DNA of 64,000 nucleotides from an uncultured Alphaproteobacteria bacterium (GTDB lineage Bacteria; Pseudomonadota; Alphaproteobacteria; Rhizobiales; Xanthobacteraceae): the NCBI GenBank assembly GCA_963824905.1, contig CAWGRH010000001.1:302039-366038 (forward strand). The letters are read 5' to 3'. A program made the translations under genes and the position numbers. Below are positions 21,238 through 29,852 of this stretch, piece by piece. Below the pieces are notes generated by a model. The model worked only from the letters and a program-made list of their open reading frames with translations. It made no database searches and was not told the origin of the DNA. Every line of letters begins with the position of its first letter. Position 1 is the stretch's first letter.

Positions 21238-21354
21238 TCAGACCAGCAGTGCGACGACGACGATCAGCATCGAGCCGCCGAGCAGCATCGACCAATCGCC
21301 CAAGTCGAGACCGAATACGCGGCGTTCGGCCGTGGAGATCGCAAACTCCGACAT
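21238..21354 (-). CDS. 38-aa single-TM small protein (sORF, RxFGLD..W family)
   Basis: MSEFAISTAERRVFGLDLGDWSMLLGGSMLIVVVALLV with a GGGAGA RBS. It is below the ORF-track cutoff. A paralog lies at 46725-46820. Confidence 0.45.
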   Translation of the reverse strand: MSEFAISTAERRVFGLDLGDWSMLLGGSMLIVVVALLV

Positions 21355-21544
21355 TATCGTCTCCCTGGTTCGGGACCCTGTTGCCCGTTAGTCCGGGCAG
21401 CCAAGGAAAAGGTTCAACGTTTGTTAATAATTCTGCGCTGCGGGAAATATTGTACTTAGGTGTCGGGTGGCCCAATCCGCCGGTTCTTGGTTAACCGGGG
21501 GTGTCGCTGGAGTGCAGGCGTTAAAAAATGCAGTGGGGATAGGG

Positions 21545-21626
21545 CCGTAGCCCGCATGAGCCAAGCGGATGCGGGGCAATTGTCGAAGCGGCCCGTCCCG
21601 ATGTCGCTTCGCTCATCCGGGCTCAG
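21545..21626. repeat. intergenic palindromic repeat, family G
   Basis: The inverted repeat is gtagcccgcatgagc...gcttcgctcatccgggct. Confidence 0.7.
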
Positions 21627-21654
21627 TCACCCGGTACCGCCTTGGCGCCGCCTC

Positions 21655-21756
21655 TCAGCGCACTCCACACGGCTTGAACACGCATTTCGTCGCGGCCGGC
21701 TGAGTCGCGAGCTTCGCCGCCGGCCTGTTCGCAGCCAACGAGTCCCTAGGTGTCAT
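21655..21756 (-). pseudogene. 3' remnant of a second DUF1272 gene
   Basis: The minus-strand translation ...NRPAAKLATQPAATKCVFKPCGVR* aligns with the C-terminus of the intact DUF1272 protein at 22248-22511 (RPIRPAAKLVSHPASTKRVFKPQGCV). The Cys-rich N-terminal part is missing. Confidence 0.6.
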
Positions 21757-21849
21757 CCGCCCGGTGTCATCGAGGTCCGGGTCAAGCCGTTGCGGCGTAT
21801 CGCGGCGACAACCGGCAGTTAAATTTCTTGCTTTCCGAGTTAAATTCGC

Positions 21850-21878
21850 ATAAACAACTTATCGGTGATTTATATTGG
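21850..21878 (+). promoter_or_regulatory. conserved upstream element CTTATCGGTGATTTATAT (copy 1)
   Basis: An 18-nt string identical to the reverse complement of 24327-24344. It lies 61 nt upstream of the ATG of the small secreted peptide gene. Confidence 0.55.
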
Positions 21879-21935
21879 CGGAGACCAAAAAATCACCGCA
21901 CCCGAAGGGGGCGATCCACCAGAGGGAGAATGTCC

Positions 21936-22160
21936 ATGCGTCACTTCACCATCGCAGTTGCATCCATCGCTATCGCAGCACTGGCTTTCGCCGCCACGGC
22001 CTCGGCAGCGCAAGTCGGGCGTGGCGCCCCGTTCAAGCAGGGCGGCCAATGCTGGAGACACCACGGCTCCGGGGCCGACCATCTGTTCGGCAATATGGAA
22101 GCCTGCCCGCAGCCCGCGAGCAATTCTGCGGCTGCTCGTACGGCTCGCCGGCGCAGCTAA
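21936..22160 (+). CDS. small secreted two-Cys protein (74 aa), paralog a
   Basis: Signal peptide MRHFTIAVASIAIAALAFAATASA. Mature part PFKQGGQCW...FGNMEACP. AGAGGGAGA RBS. Paralog at 24063-24281. Confidence 0.7.
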   Translation: MRHFTIAVASIAIAALAFAATASAAQVGRGAPFKQGGQCWRHHGSGADHLFGNMEACPQPASNSAAARTARRRS

Positions 22161-22247
22161 GGGCTCGTTGGATCGAGCTTTGCCTTGGGTGATCTGGCCC
22201 TGCAGGTGTCTGTGGGGCCTTTTTGCGCCCAAGCGGGGCGCGTGACC

Positions 22248-22511
22248 TCAGGGGACGGTTTGAGGGCTTCCCTGTACGCATCCCTGCGGTTTGAACACGC
22301 GTTTCGTCGAGGCCGGATGGCTCACGAGCTTCGCCGCCGGCCGGATCGGCCGGGCAACGAGGTTGCCGCCGCAGTTCGGACAGCGTCCGCCGAGCCGCCC
22401 TTCGGCGCAATCGCGGCAGAAGGTGCATTCGAAGGTGCAGATCACGGCGTCGGTCGCCGCGGGTGGCAAATCCTTGTCGCAGCATTCGCAGTTCGGTCGC
22501 AGTTCAAGCAT
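22248..22511 (-). CDS. DUF1272 domain-containing Cys-rich (zinc-ribbon-like) protein
   Basis: MLELRPNCECCDKDLPP...ICTFECTFCRDCAE...CPNCGG matches the remembered DUF1272 pattern. Confidence 0.85.
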   Translation of the reverse strand: MLELRPNCECCDKDLPPAATDAVICTFECTFCRDCAEGRLGGRCPNCGGNLVARPIRPAAKLVSHPASTKRVFKPQGCVQGSPQTVP

Positions 22512-22856
22512 CTGTCACCTCGCCTCGCTAAGGTCGCCGGGATGAACGGGCATTCGGCGCCCGACAATCCCGCATCTCGCTTCCCTCATGCGGGCGACCA
22601 AACCGCACCAAAGCGACACGCATGCGCGCCCCCAACATTGACGAAAACGGCCGGCGCCGCTACATCCGCCGCCATGATCGCAACGCGCACCTCTCGACTG
22701 CGTCGCCGCCGCCGGACACCGGCCGCGGGGACGCGCGTTTGGACAAAGCGCGTTTGATCGTCACCTGCGGCCGCGGCTTCCGCGGCGTGTTTCTTCTCCA
22801 GAGAAATTCGGCGCGGTACCCGGTCCCGGCTTAAGTAGCTGCGGAGAGGAGAGGTC

Positions 22857-23915
22857 ATGGCTAAGTCCGCAAAAATCGGCGTGCTCGGCGCATCCGGCTA
22901 CACCGGATCGGAATGCGTGCGCCTGTTGCTGCGCCACCCGCAGGTCGAGATCGCGCTCCTCACCGCCGACCGCAAGGCGGGACAGGAGATGCGCGAGGTG
23001 TTCGCGCAGTTCTCGCCCTACACGCTGCCGAAGCTCGTCTCGCTCGAGGGGCTCGACTGGCCGGCGCTCGGTCTCGACCTCGTCTTCTGCGCGCTGCCCC
23101 ACGCCACCACCCAGAAGGTGATCAAGGACGTCTTCGCCAAGGCGCCTGGCATGAAGGTGGTCGACCTTTCCGCCGACTTCCGCCTCGCCGACACTGGCGC
23201 CTATGCGCGGTGGTACGGCGACGAGCACCATGCGCCGGAGCTGCAGAAGGAGGCGGTCTACGGCCTCGTCGAGCTCTACCGCGAGCGCATCAGAAAGAGC
23301 CGGCTCGTCGCCAATCCCGGCTGCTACACGACCAGCGCGATCCTGCCGCTGGTGCCGCTGATCCGCGCCAAGGCGATCGACGCCGACGAGATCGTGGTCG
23401 ACGCCAAGTCGGGGATGACCGGCGCCGGCCGGGCGGCGCGGGAGAACATGCTGTTCTCCGAGGTGTCGGAGGGCTTCCACGCCTATGGCGTCGGCACCCA
23501 CCGCCACATGGCCGAGCTCGACCAGGAATTCTCAGCCGCCGCCGGCCGTCCGGTCACGGCAAGCTTCACGCCGCATCTCGTGCCGATGAACCGCGGGATC
23601 CTCTCGACCATCTATGTGCGCTCCGTCGGCGGACGAACGCCCCAGGAGCTACACGCGATCCTCGCCGAGGCCTATCGGGGCGAGCCCTTCGTGCACGTGC
23701 TGCCGTTCGGCGAGATGCCGCAGACCCGACATGTCCGCGGCTCCAACATGACGTTCATCGGTGTCGCCGCCGACCGTGTGGCGCCGCGCGCCATCATCGG
23801 CTCGGCCCTCGACAATCTCGTCAAGGGCGCCGCCGGCCAGGCGGTGCAGAACATGAATTTGGTGCTGGGCTTGCCCGAGACCACCGGTCTCGAGCAGGTG
23901 GCGCTGTTTCCTTGA
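22857..23915 (+). CDS. argC: N-acetyl-gamma-glutamyl-phosphate reductase
   Basis: GASGYTGSE NAD-binding N-terminus and catalytic NPGCYTTS motif. 352 aa. Confidence 0.95.
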   Translation: MAKSAKIGVLGASGYTGSECVRLLLRHPQVEIALLTADRKAGQEMREVFAQFSPYTLPKLVSLEGLDWPALGLDLVFCALPHATTQKVIKDVFAKAPGMKVVDLSADFRLADTGAYARWYGDEHHAPELQKEAVYGLVELYRERIRKSRLVANPGCYTTSAILPLVPLIRAKAIDADEIVVDAKSGMTGAGRAARENMLFSEVSEGFHAYGVGTHRHMAELDQEFSAAAGRPVTASFTPHLVPMNRGILSTIYVRSVGGRTPQELHAILAEAYRGEPFVHVLPFGEMPQTRHVRGSNMTFIGVAADRVAPRAIIGSALDNLVKGAAGQAVQNMNLVLGLPETTGLEQVALFP

Positions 23916-23918
23916 GCC

Positions 23919-23958
23919 GGTCATTCCGGGGCGCCGCGGACGGGCGATGGCCGCGGCG
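23919..23958. repeat. half copy of family A repeat
   Basis: ggtcattccggggcgccgcgg lies directly after the argC stop. Confidence 0.6.
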
Positions 23959-24062
23959 TAAACGTGGATATAAGTGATATAAATGTTCCGGGCGCTTGTC
24001 GCCCAACAGAAAAGGCCCCGCACCGGGTGCAGGGCCTTGGCGTGAAAGCCGGGAAGCGCCGC

Positions 24063-24281
24063 TTACGAGTGATTGCGGTGATGGGCGGTCGCCGGAGCCT
24101 TGGCCGTAGCGGGCGCGCCACCGGGGCAAGCGCTCCAGGTGCCGAACGTTCCGCCGTCCATGGTCTTGGCGGACTTCCAGCACTGGCCGTTCTGCTTCAC
24201 CGGACCAGCCATGTCGCCGGCATAGGCGGGAACGGCGGCGATGAACGCGGCGACAGCGGCGGCTGCAATGGTAAAACGCAT
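24063..24281 (-). CDS. small secreted two-Cys protein (72 aa), paralog b
   Basis: Signal peptide MRFTIAAAAVAAFIAAVPAYA. Mature PVKQNGQCW...FGTWSACP. AAGGAGAGG RBS. Confidence 0.7.
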   Translation of the reverse strand: MRFTIAAAAVAAFIAAVPAYAGDMAGPVKQNGQCWKSAKTMDGGTFGTWSACPGGAPATAKAPATAHHRNHS

Positions 24282-24324
24282 GATTGCCTCTCCTTGGAGT
24301 CTTCTCGGGTGTTCTATCGTTGTC

Positions 24325-24354
24325 CGATATAAATCACCGATAAGATATTTATAT
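24325..24354 (-). promoter_or_regulatory. conserved upstream element CTTATCGGTGATTTATAT (copy 2), inside perfect 8-bp inverted repeat ATATAAAT-N12-ATTTATAT
   Basis: Identical 18-mer to 21858-21875, 46 nt upstream of the paralog b ATG. Confidence 0.55.
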
Positions 24355-24470
24355 CATTCTTATTACGAGCTGCAAGGGGGCAAGGTTGCCGCACGCCTGC
24401 CTGGCAGGGCGATTGCTGGGGAGAGTTTTTGCGGGACGGCGGGCCCGGCTCCGCCCTGACGGGGTACCCG

Positions 24471-26672
24471 TCAGCGCCCGCGCCAGGCGGGAAGCAGCAC
24501 GTTATCGAGCAGGTTCCAGCGCGGCATGTCGTCGGGGCGCGGCTTGCCGTCGATCCAGTAGGCGAGCTGCTCGGCGCGAAACCCGCTGGTCGCCTGCAAC
24601 GACAACCAGGAATCGAGATATCGGGTCAGCGTCCTCGCGCTCGGCTGCAGGAAGTAGGCAAACAGCAGCGGCGACCCCATGCCACTTGCAGCAACGGCAG
24701 AAAATCCCTCGTGACCCGAGGCCCAGGCGCGAGCCTCGTCGAGCGCCCACACCGCCGCATCGAGCTCCGGATGGTCGGACACCGCGTCGTAGGTTTCGAG
24801 CGGCACAATGCGCGCCTTGGGAAAGAGTTGCTCGGCGAGCCGGAATAGTGCGCCGCCGCCCAGCACGCCAAGCGCGAGGTTCGGGGTGTCGGCGACCTCG
24901 GTGTAGCTCAGGAACCGGCTTGCCCGGTCGGAGCGGGCGATGAAGGCGAGCGGGCTCTCGAAATATGGGTTGGTGGACGCGAGGTCCTCCAGCCGCTTGT
25001 CGGTGACGTAGGCGCCGGCCATGACGATATCGAGGCGTCGCGCGATGAGGTCATCCTCGAACCGGTCCCATTCGATCGGGGCGAGCTCCAGGCGAACGTG
25101 CAGGTCATGCGCAAGCCGGTACGCATAGCTGATGTCGAATCCGACGAGATCCCCCGATCGGTTCTTGTATGTGAACGGGACGAGGTCGCGCCCGTAGCCG
25201 ACCCGGAGGACCTTGCGGTCGCGAATGCCGTCGAGCGTTGCCGGACCGTCGATGGGCGGCGAGCGGCTCGCCGGCGTATCGCGCACGGCCACGTCGACTC
25301 CGGCAACGAGTGCCGGGTCCAAACTCCGACCGAGGATCGCGACATTGCCGGGCGGCGGAAACAGGCCGTTCGACAGGGCGCGGACGCCGATGGCGGTGCC
25401 GGCGAACAGCACCGCCCCGAGCAGAAGCGCCGCGGCCATTTTCAACGGCCGCGACGTCGTGCACCGGAAATAGATGAAGGGAACGGCAATCGCCACGAAG
25501 GCATAGGCGGACACCGAAAGCGCAACCTGGCCGTAGCGCGTGACGGTCATCGCCTCGACGTAGAGCGGCAGGGTGTCGGCCGGCAGCCCCAGCCACTGGC
25601 TCATGAAGGTCACTGAGCTCAGTGTCGTGCTCGGCGATCCGCTCGCCGAGAGCAGGGTAAAGGGCGCGAGCAGCGCCGTCTGCCACGCGCGCAACATCAC
25701 CTGATAGTGCTCGCTCGCGAAGACGATGAACAACGCCACGAAATAGTTTCCGAGCGAGGCGAACACGTAGGACAGCGAGATCGTCGCCCGCGTGATGTCC
25801 TTTGCTTCGTCGCTATCGTGCCCCGCCGCAGCGATCCGCCGCTCGGCAACGTCCTGGATGAGCGGGAGTGCCGAGGTCGGCAAGGTCGTCACCAGCGCGA
25901 GCACGAAAGCCGGGCGGAGATCGGCGAGAAGGTCGCGTGCTTGGGCCGGCACGATCGCCGAGAGCACGAGCGGCAACACGACGAAGGCGAGCACGCCGGT
26001 GCCGAACAGGAACAGCCCGAGGTAGACGGCGAGCGTGCCGGCCATGCGGGGCTCGATCGTTCCGGCCGTCGCCGCGAACAGCGCGAACACGCCGAGCGGA
26101 GCGAGATGGATGACCCAGGCCCACACTTTGAGGCTCGCCAGCCTGATCGCTTCCATGGTTTCGAGAAAGGTGGCTTTCGAAGGAACCGATTGGACCGCGA
26201 GGCCGAACAGGACTGCAAACACGATGATCGCCGGCACGAAGTTCTGGTCGAGCGCGACAACGAGATTTACCGGAATGACCATTTGCAGGAGCGGCAGCAT
26301 CGCGATGGGATGCGGCGGTTTGATTTCCACCGGAGGGGCGGGCGCAGGAATGGCCTGCGCCAGCACGAAGATCGTCACGAAGACCGTAATCCACAGCAAC
26401 AGGTAAACGCGCCAACTTGCGTGCAGGAGGCGCCGCGCGCGCCCGGCCGCGAGGCTTCCCAGACCGACGATCAACGAGCTCAGAATGTAGGGGTAGACGA
26501 CGCTCAAAAGCATCATCGCATAGACGTCGCCCAGCGGCTTGAGAAGCGATGCACGTTCGCCGAACGTGATCCCTGCGAGTATCCCGAGAGACGCGCCGGT
26601 CAGCACCCAGAGCGGCAGACGTGAGGACACCGTCCGCGTCGTCGGCGGTGCGGTCTGCGCAGTTGCGTCCAT
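24471..26672 (-). CDS. dicarboxylate/amino acid:cation symporter (DAACS) fused to C-terminal family-3 solute-binding domain
   Basis: The N-terminal 420 aa or so are a multi-TM SDF/GltP-like region. The C-terminal 290 aa or so carry LRVGYGRDLVPFTYKNRSGDLVGFDISYAYRLA...DIVMAG (SBP_bac_3 pattern). Confidence 0.8.
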   Translation of the reverse strand: MDATAQTAPPTTRTVSSRLPLWVLTGASLGILAGITFGERASLLKPLGDVYAMMLLSVVYPYILSSLIVGLGSLAAGRARRLLHASWRVYLLLWITVFVTIFVLAQAIPAPAPPVEIKPPHPIAMLPLLQMVIPVNLVVALDQNFVPAIIVFAVLFGLAVQSVPSKATFLETMEAIRLASLKVWAWVIHLAPLGVFALFAATAGTIEPRMAGTLAVYLGLFLFGTGVLAFVVLPLVLSAIVPAQARDLLADLRPAFVLALVTTLPTSALPLIQDVAERRIAAAGHDSDEAKDITRATISLSYVFASLGNYFVALFIVFASEHYQVMLRAWQTALLAPFTLLSASGSPSTTLSSVTFMSQWLGLPADTLPLYVEAMTVTRYGQVALSVSAYAFVAIAVPFIYFRCTTSRPLKMAAALLLGAVLFAGTAIGVRALSNGLFPPPGNVAILGRSLDPALVAGVDVAVRDTPASRSPPIDGPATLDGIRDRKVLRVGYGRDLVPFTYKNRSGDLVGFDISYAYRLAHDLHVRLELAPIEWDRFEDDLIARRLDIVMAGAYVTDKRLEDLASTNPYFESPLAFIARSDRASRFLSYTEVADTPNLALGVLGGGALFRLAEQLFPKARIVPLETYDAVSDHPELDAAVWALDEARAWASGHEGFSAVAASGMGSPLLFAYFLQPSARTLTRYLDSWLSLQATSGFRAEQLAYWIDGKPRPDDMPRWNLLDNVLLPAWRGR

Positions 26673-26740
26673 GCCACTTCCTGTGAGCGATGCCCGGCCG
26701 CTCTTACCATGCGGCAGACGCTGCTTGGAGGGTCAACATC

Positions 26741-26791
26741 CGTCATTCCGGAGAGGTTCGCGCTGACGCGCCGGCGCGCCCCGGAATGACC
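26741..26791. repeat. family A palindromic repeat between phaC stop and transporter start
   Basis: cgtcattccgg...gcgccccggaatgacc is an inverted repeat and a possible phaC terminator. Confidence 0.75.
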
Positions 26792-26798
26792 GCGTCCC

Positions 26799-29354
26799 TC
26801 AGCTCCGCACCTTGACGTAGCTGCCCGGCGCGTCCTCGATCGGCCGGTAGACGCCGCCGCCGGGCTGGCGCGCCGGGACCTCGGTCGCGTCCTGCGCCTT
26901 GATCCAGGCGAGCCAGTCGGGCCACCACGAGCCCGGATGCTCGGTCGCGGTTGCGACCCAGGCGTCGACGTCCTCGCCATGCGGCGCCTCACCGGTCCAG
27001 TACTGGTATTTCTTCTTGGCGGGCGGATTGACGACGCCGGCGATGTGGCCGGAGCCGGACAGCACGTAGCGCATCGGGCCGCCGAATGCGGACGAGCCGA
27101 CGAAGACCGATTTCGCCGGCGCGATGTGGTCCTCCCGCGTGGCGAGGTTGTAGATCGGGACCTTGACGTTGCCGAGATCGATGCCGACGCCGTCGATCGT
27201 CATCTTGCCTTTGGTGAGGTTGTTCTCGAGATAGCAGTTGCGCAGGTAGTAGGAGTGGTTGGCCGCCGGCATGCGGGTGGCGTCGGAATTCCAATACAAG
27301 AGATCGAACGGGAACGGCGCCTCGCCCTTGAGGTAGTTATTGACGACGTAAGGCCAGATCAGGTCGTTGCTGCGCAGCAGGTTGAAGGCGGTCGCCATCT
27401 TCGTACCCTCGAGATAGCCGCGCCCGGCCATCTGACGCTCGACCGCCTCGACCTGCTCGGGCGTCGCGGCGAACACCTTGAGGTCGCCTCCATAGGTGAA
27501 ATCGACCTGTGCCGTGAACAGCGTCGCCGAAGCGATGCGGCGGTCCCCGGTCGCCGCCATGTAGGCGAGCGTGATCGCGAGCAGGGTGCCGCCGACGCAA
27601 TAGCCGATCGCGTTGACTTCGGTCTCGCCGGTAGCTTTCCCGATGACGTCGAGCGCTTCCAGCGGGCCCTGCCGCATGTAGTCGGCAAAGCCCTTCCCGG
27701 CGAGGTGCTCGTCGGGATTGACCCACGAGATGACGAAAACGGTGATCCCGTTGTCGCGGCACCAGCGAATGAAGGATTTCTCCGGCGTGAGGTCGAGCAC
27801 GTAGAACTTGTTGATCCACGGCGGGACGATCAGCAGCGGGCGGCGGAGCACCTTGTCGGTCGACGGCGCGTATTGGATGAGCTGCATCAGCTCGTTCTGG
27901 TAGATCACCTTGCCCGGCGTGATCGCGAGATTGCGGCCGACCTCGAATTTGGAAGGGTCGGACTGGCGGATTCTCAGCTCGCCGCCCCCGGCGGCGATGT
28001 CCTCCGCGAGCATGTGGGTACCGCGGACCAGATTCTCGGCGTTCTCGTTGATGGTGGTGCGCAACAGCTCCGGATTGGTGAAGATGAAGTTCGAGGGCGA
28101 CGCCGCGTTGACGAGCTGGCGCATGTAGAACTCGGCCTTCTGACGGACGCGGGGGTCGAGCTCGTTTGCGTCGTCGACGAGGTGCCTCGCCCAGTCGGCG
28201 GTGACGAGATAAGCCTGCTTGAGGAAGTCGAAATACTGGTTCGATGACCATTCCGGATCGGCGAAGCGCTTGTCGCGCGGATCGGGTGCGGCGACCGGCT
28301 CCGTCGCCTCGCCGGCGAGGCGGCGCGCCGCGCTCGCCCACAGGTCGAGCCAGCTTTTGCCGAGCCGGGTCTGCATCTCGAGTGTGCGTTGGGGATCGGT
28401 GAGCCAGTATTCCGCCACCTGGCCGAGCGTCTTTATCGCGTCGTTGATCTCGTCGGAATATCCGACCTTTTGGGCGCCGTCCTCGCGTGGCTTGAGATAG
28501 GCCGCGACCGCGCGGCCGCCTTCCTCGACGAGGCGGCCGAAGTTCTTGGTCAGGGCCTCGAGGTCGATCCTGGTCGGCGAGGCTTCGTCCGGTGACACCG
28601 GTTTGGCCGGCGCCGCGGGGATAGCCGTTCGCGCTGCGACTGCGACGGGCGTCGCCGGGGCAACGGTTGCCGCCATCGCGGGTGCCGCCATCGCCGGTGC
28701 CGCTTGGACCGTGCGTTGCGGGACGGGCGTCGCGGCAGCGAGGGCGGGCGGCGGAGTTGGTCTCGCGAGCGGCGAAGGGATGCCCGGCTTCACAATGACA
28801 GGTTGCGCCAGGGGTGCCGCAACACGTACGGACGCTGGCGAGGCAGGGGGCCGGGCCGATGGCGGAGCAGGCGTCGGAGCCGGTGCAGTCGGGGGAGGCG
28901 CTGCCTCGACAGGAGCGGAGGGCGCAGCGCGGGGGGCCGGTCGCCGCGGGCGCGCGGGTTTCGTCACCGTCGGCGTTGCCGGCGTCACGCCCGGTGCCGC
29001 CTCGGATACGCCGGAATCCGCCCGTTTATCGGCGCCGGGCTCCGTGCCCGCGTTGGCTCGCGGCTGCGCAACACGCGCAGAACCGGGCGGCGACGGCGCC
29101 TGAGGGGCCTTGGGCGCCGCGGGGACCGGTCGAGTTCCGGTCTGCGGCGGCAAGGCCACGTTAACGTCGTTCGGCGAAGGTGCGTCCGCCGGTTCGCCGG
29201 ACGCGCCCCGCGAGGGTGCATTCGGGTCCGTGGGCCGGCGCGGGGGCCGGCGCCGCCGGGGCGGAGGAGAGCTTTCTGCGTCGGGGGGCTCAGCCATCCT
29301 CGGCTCCACTCCATTGTTTAGACATATTAAAGGGATACCCGACCTTGGGGCCAT
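26799..29354 (-). CDS. phaC: class I poly(3-hydroxyalkanoate) synthase PhaC with about 240-aa Pro/Ala-rich N-terminal extension
   Basis: PhaC N-domain ([21 protein letters not shown]). Lipase box GYCVGG. C-terminal [10 protein letters not shown]. An alternative start lies at 29297 (MAEPPDAE). Confidence 0.9.
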   Translation of the reverse strand: MAPRSGIPLICLNNGVEPRMAEPPDAESSPPPRRRRPPRRPTDPNAPSRGASGEPADAPSPNDVNVALPPQTGTRPVPAAPKAPQAPSPPGSARVAQPRANAGTEPGADKRADSGVSEAAPGVTPATPTVTKPARPRRPAPRAAPSAPVEAAPPPTAPAPTPAPPSARPPASPASVRVAAPLAQPVIVKPGIPSPLARPTPPPALAAATPVPQRTVQAAPAMAAPAMAATVAPATPVAVAARTAIPAAPAKPVSPDEASPTRIDLEALTKNFGRLVEEGGRAVAAYLKPREDGAQKVGYSDEINDAIKTLGQVAEYWLTDPQRTLEMQTRLGKSWLDLWASAARRLAGEATEPVAAPDPRDKRFADPEWSSNQYFDFLKQAYLVTADWARHLVDDANELDPRVRQKAEFYMRQLVNAASPSNFIFTNPELLRTTINENAENLVRGTHMLAEDIAAGGGELRIRQSDPSKFEVGRNLAITPGKVIYQNELMQLIQYAPSTDKVLRRPLLIVPPWINKFYVLDLTPEKSFIRWCRDNGITVFVISWVNPDEHLAGKGFADYMRQGPLEALDVIGKATGETEVNAIGYCVGGTLLAITLAYMAATGDRRIASATLFTAQVDFTYGGDLKVFAATPEQVEAVERQMAGRGYLEGTKMATAFNLLRSNDLIWPYVVNNYLKGEAPFPFDLLYWNSDATRMPAANHSYYLRNCYLENNLTKGKMTIDGVGIDLGNVKVPIYNLATREDHIAPAKSVFVGSSAFGGPMRYVLSGSGHIAGVVNPPAKKKYQYWTGEAPHGEDVDAWVATATEHPGSWWPDWLAWIKAQDATEVPARQPGGGVYRPIEDAPGSYVKVRS

Positions 29355-29398
29355 CCTACCATCTGCCTAGGGCACAGCATCGGCACCGTCTGGCGAAG

Positions 29399-29755
29399 AT
29401 GTCAAAGTTAACAAGACTTGGTCGCGGCGCGCGCCAATTCAACCTTGGTGCGCCCGGTTTGATGCTGGCGCTCGCCGGTGCCCTGATGCTTGCCTCATGT
29501 GCGAACACGACGAACATGACGGACATGGGTAACAAACTCGGCAACGATTTGCCGACCGCAATCGGCGGGATGCCCCAGGCCGTGCCGGAGCGCCCGCAGA
29601 CCGCGCCAGCCTTCCCCGCGGTCCATGACATGCCGCCCGCACGCAATACCAAGGTCATGACCGAGGAGGAAAAGAAGAGAGTCGAGGCCGAGCTCGCGGT
29701 CATGCGCGAGCAGCAGGCCAAGCGCGCCCAATCCTCCGCCGCCAATCCGAATTGA
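29399..29755 (+). CDS. small lipoprotein (lipobox LASC)
   Basis: MSKLTRLG...LMLALAGALMLASCANTT, followed by a C-terminal charged helix EEEKKRVEAELAVMREQQ. Confidence 0.65.
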   Translation: MSKLTRLGRGARQFNLGAPGLMLALAGALMLASCANTTNMTDMGNKLGNDLPTAIGGMPQAVPERPQTAPAFPAVHDMPPARNTKVMTEEEKKRVEAELAVMREQQAKRAQSSAANPN

Positions 29756-29852
29756 CCGCGCACGGCGCATAAAATCGGTGTATCACCGCGTTCCCGAGTT
29801 CGTCGCGTTTTGAAATTTGATCGCCGCGCAGCCTGCGCAGGAGATTGGGAAG

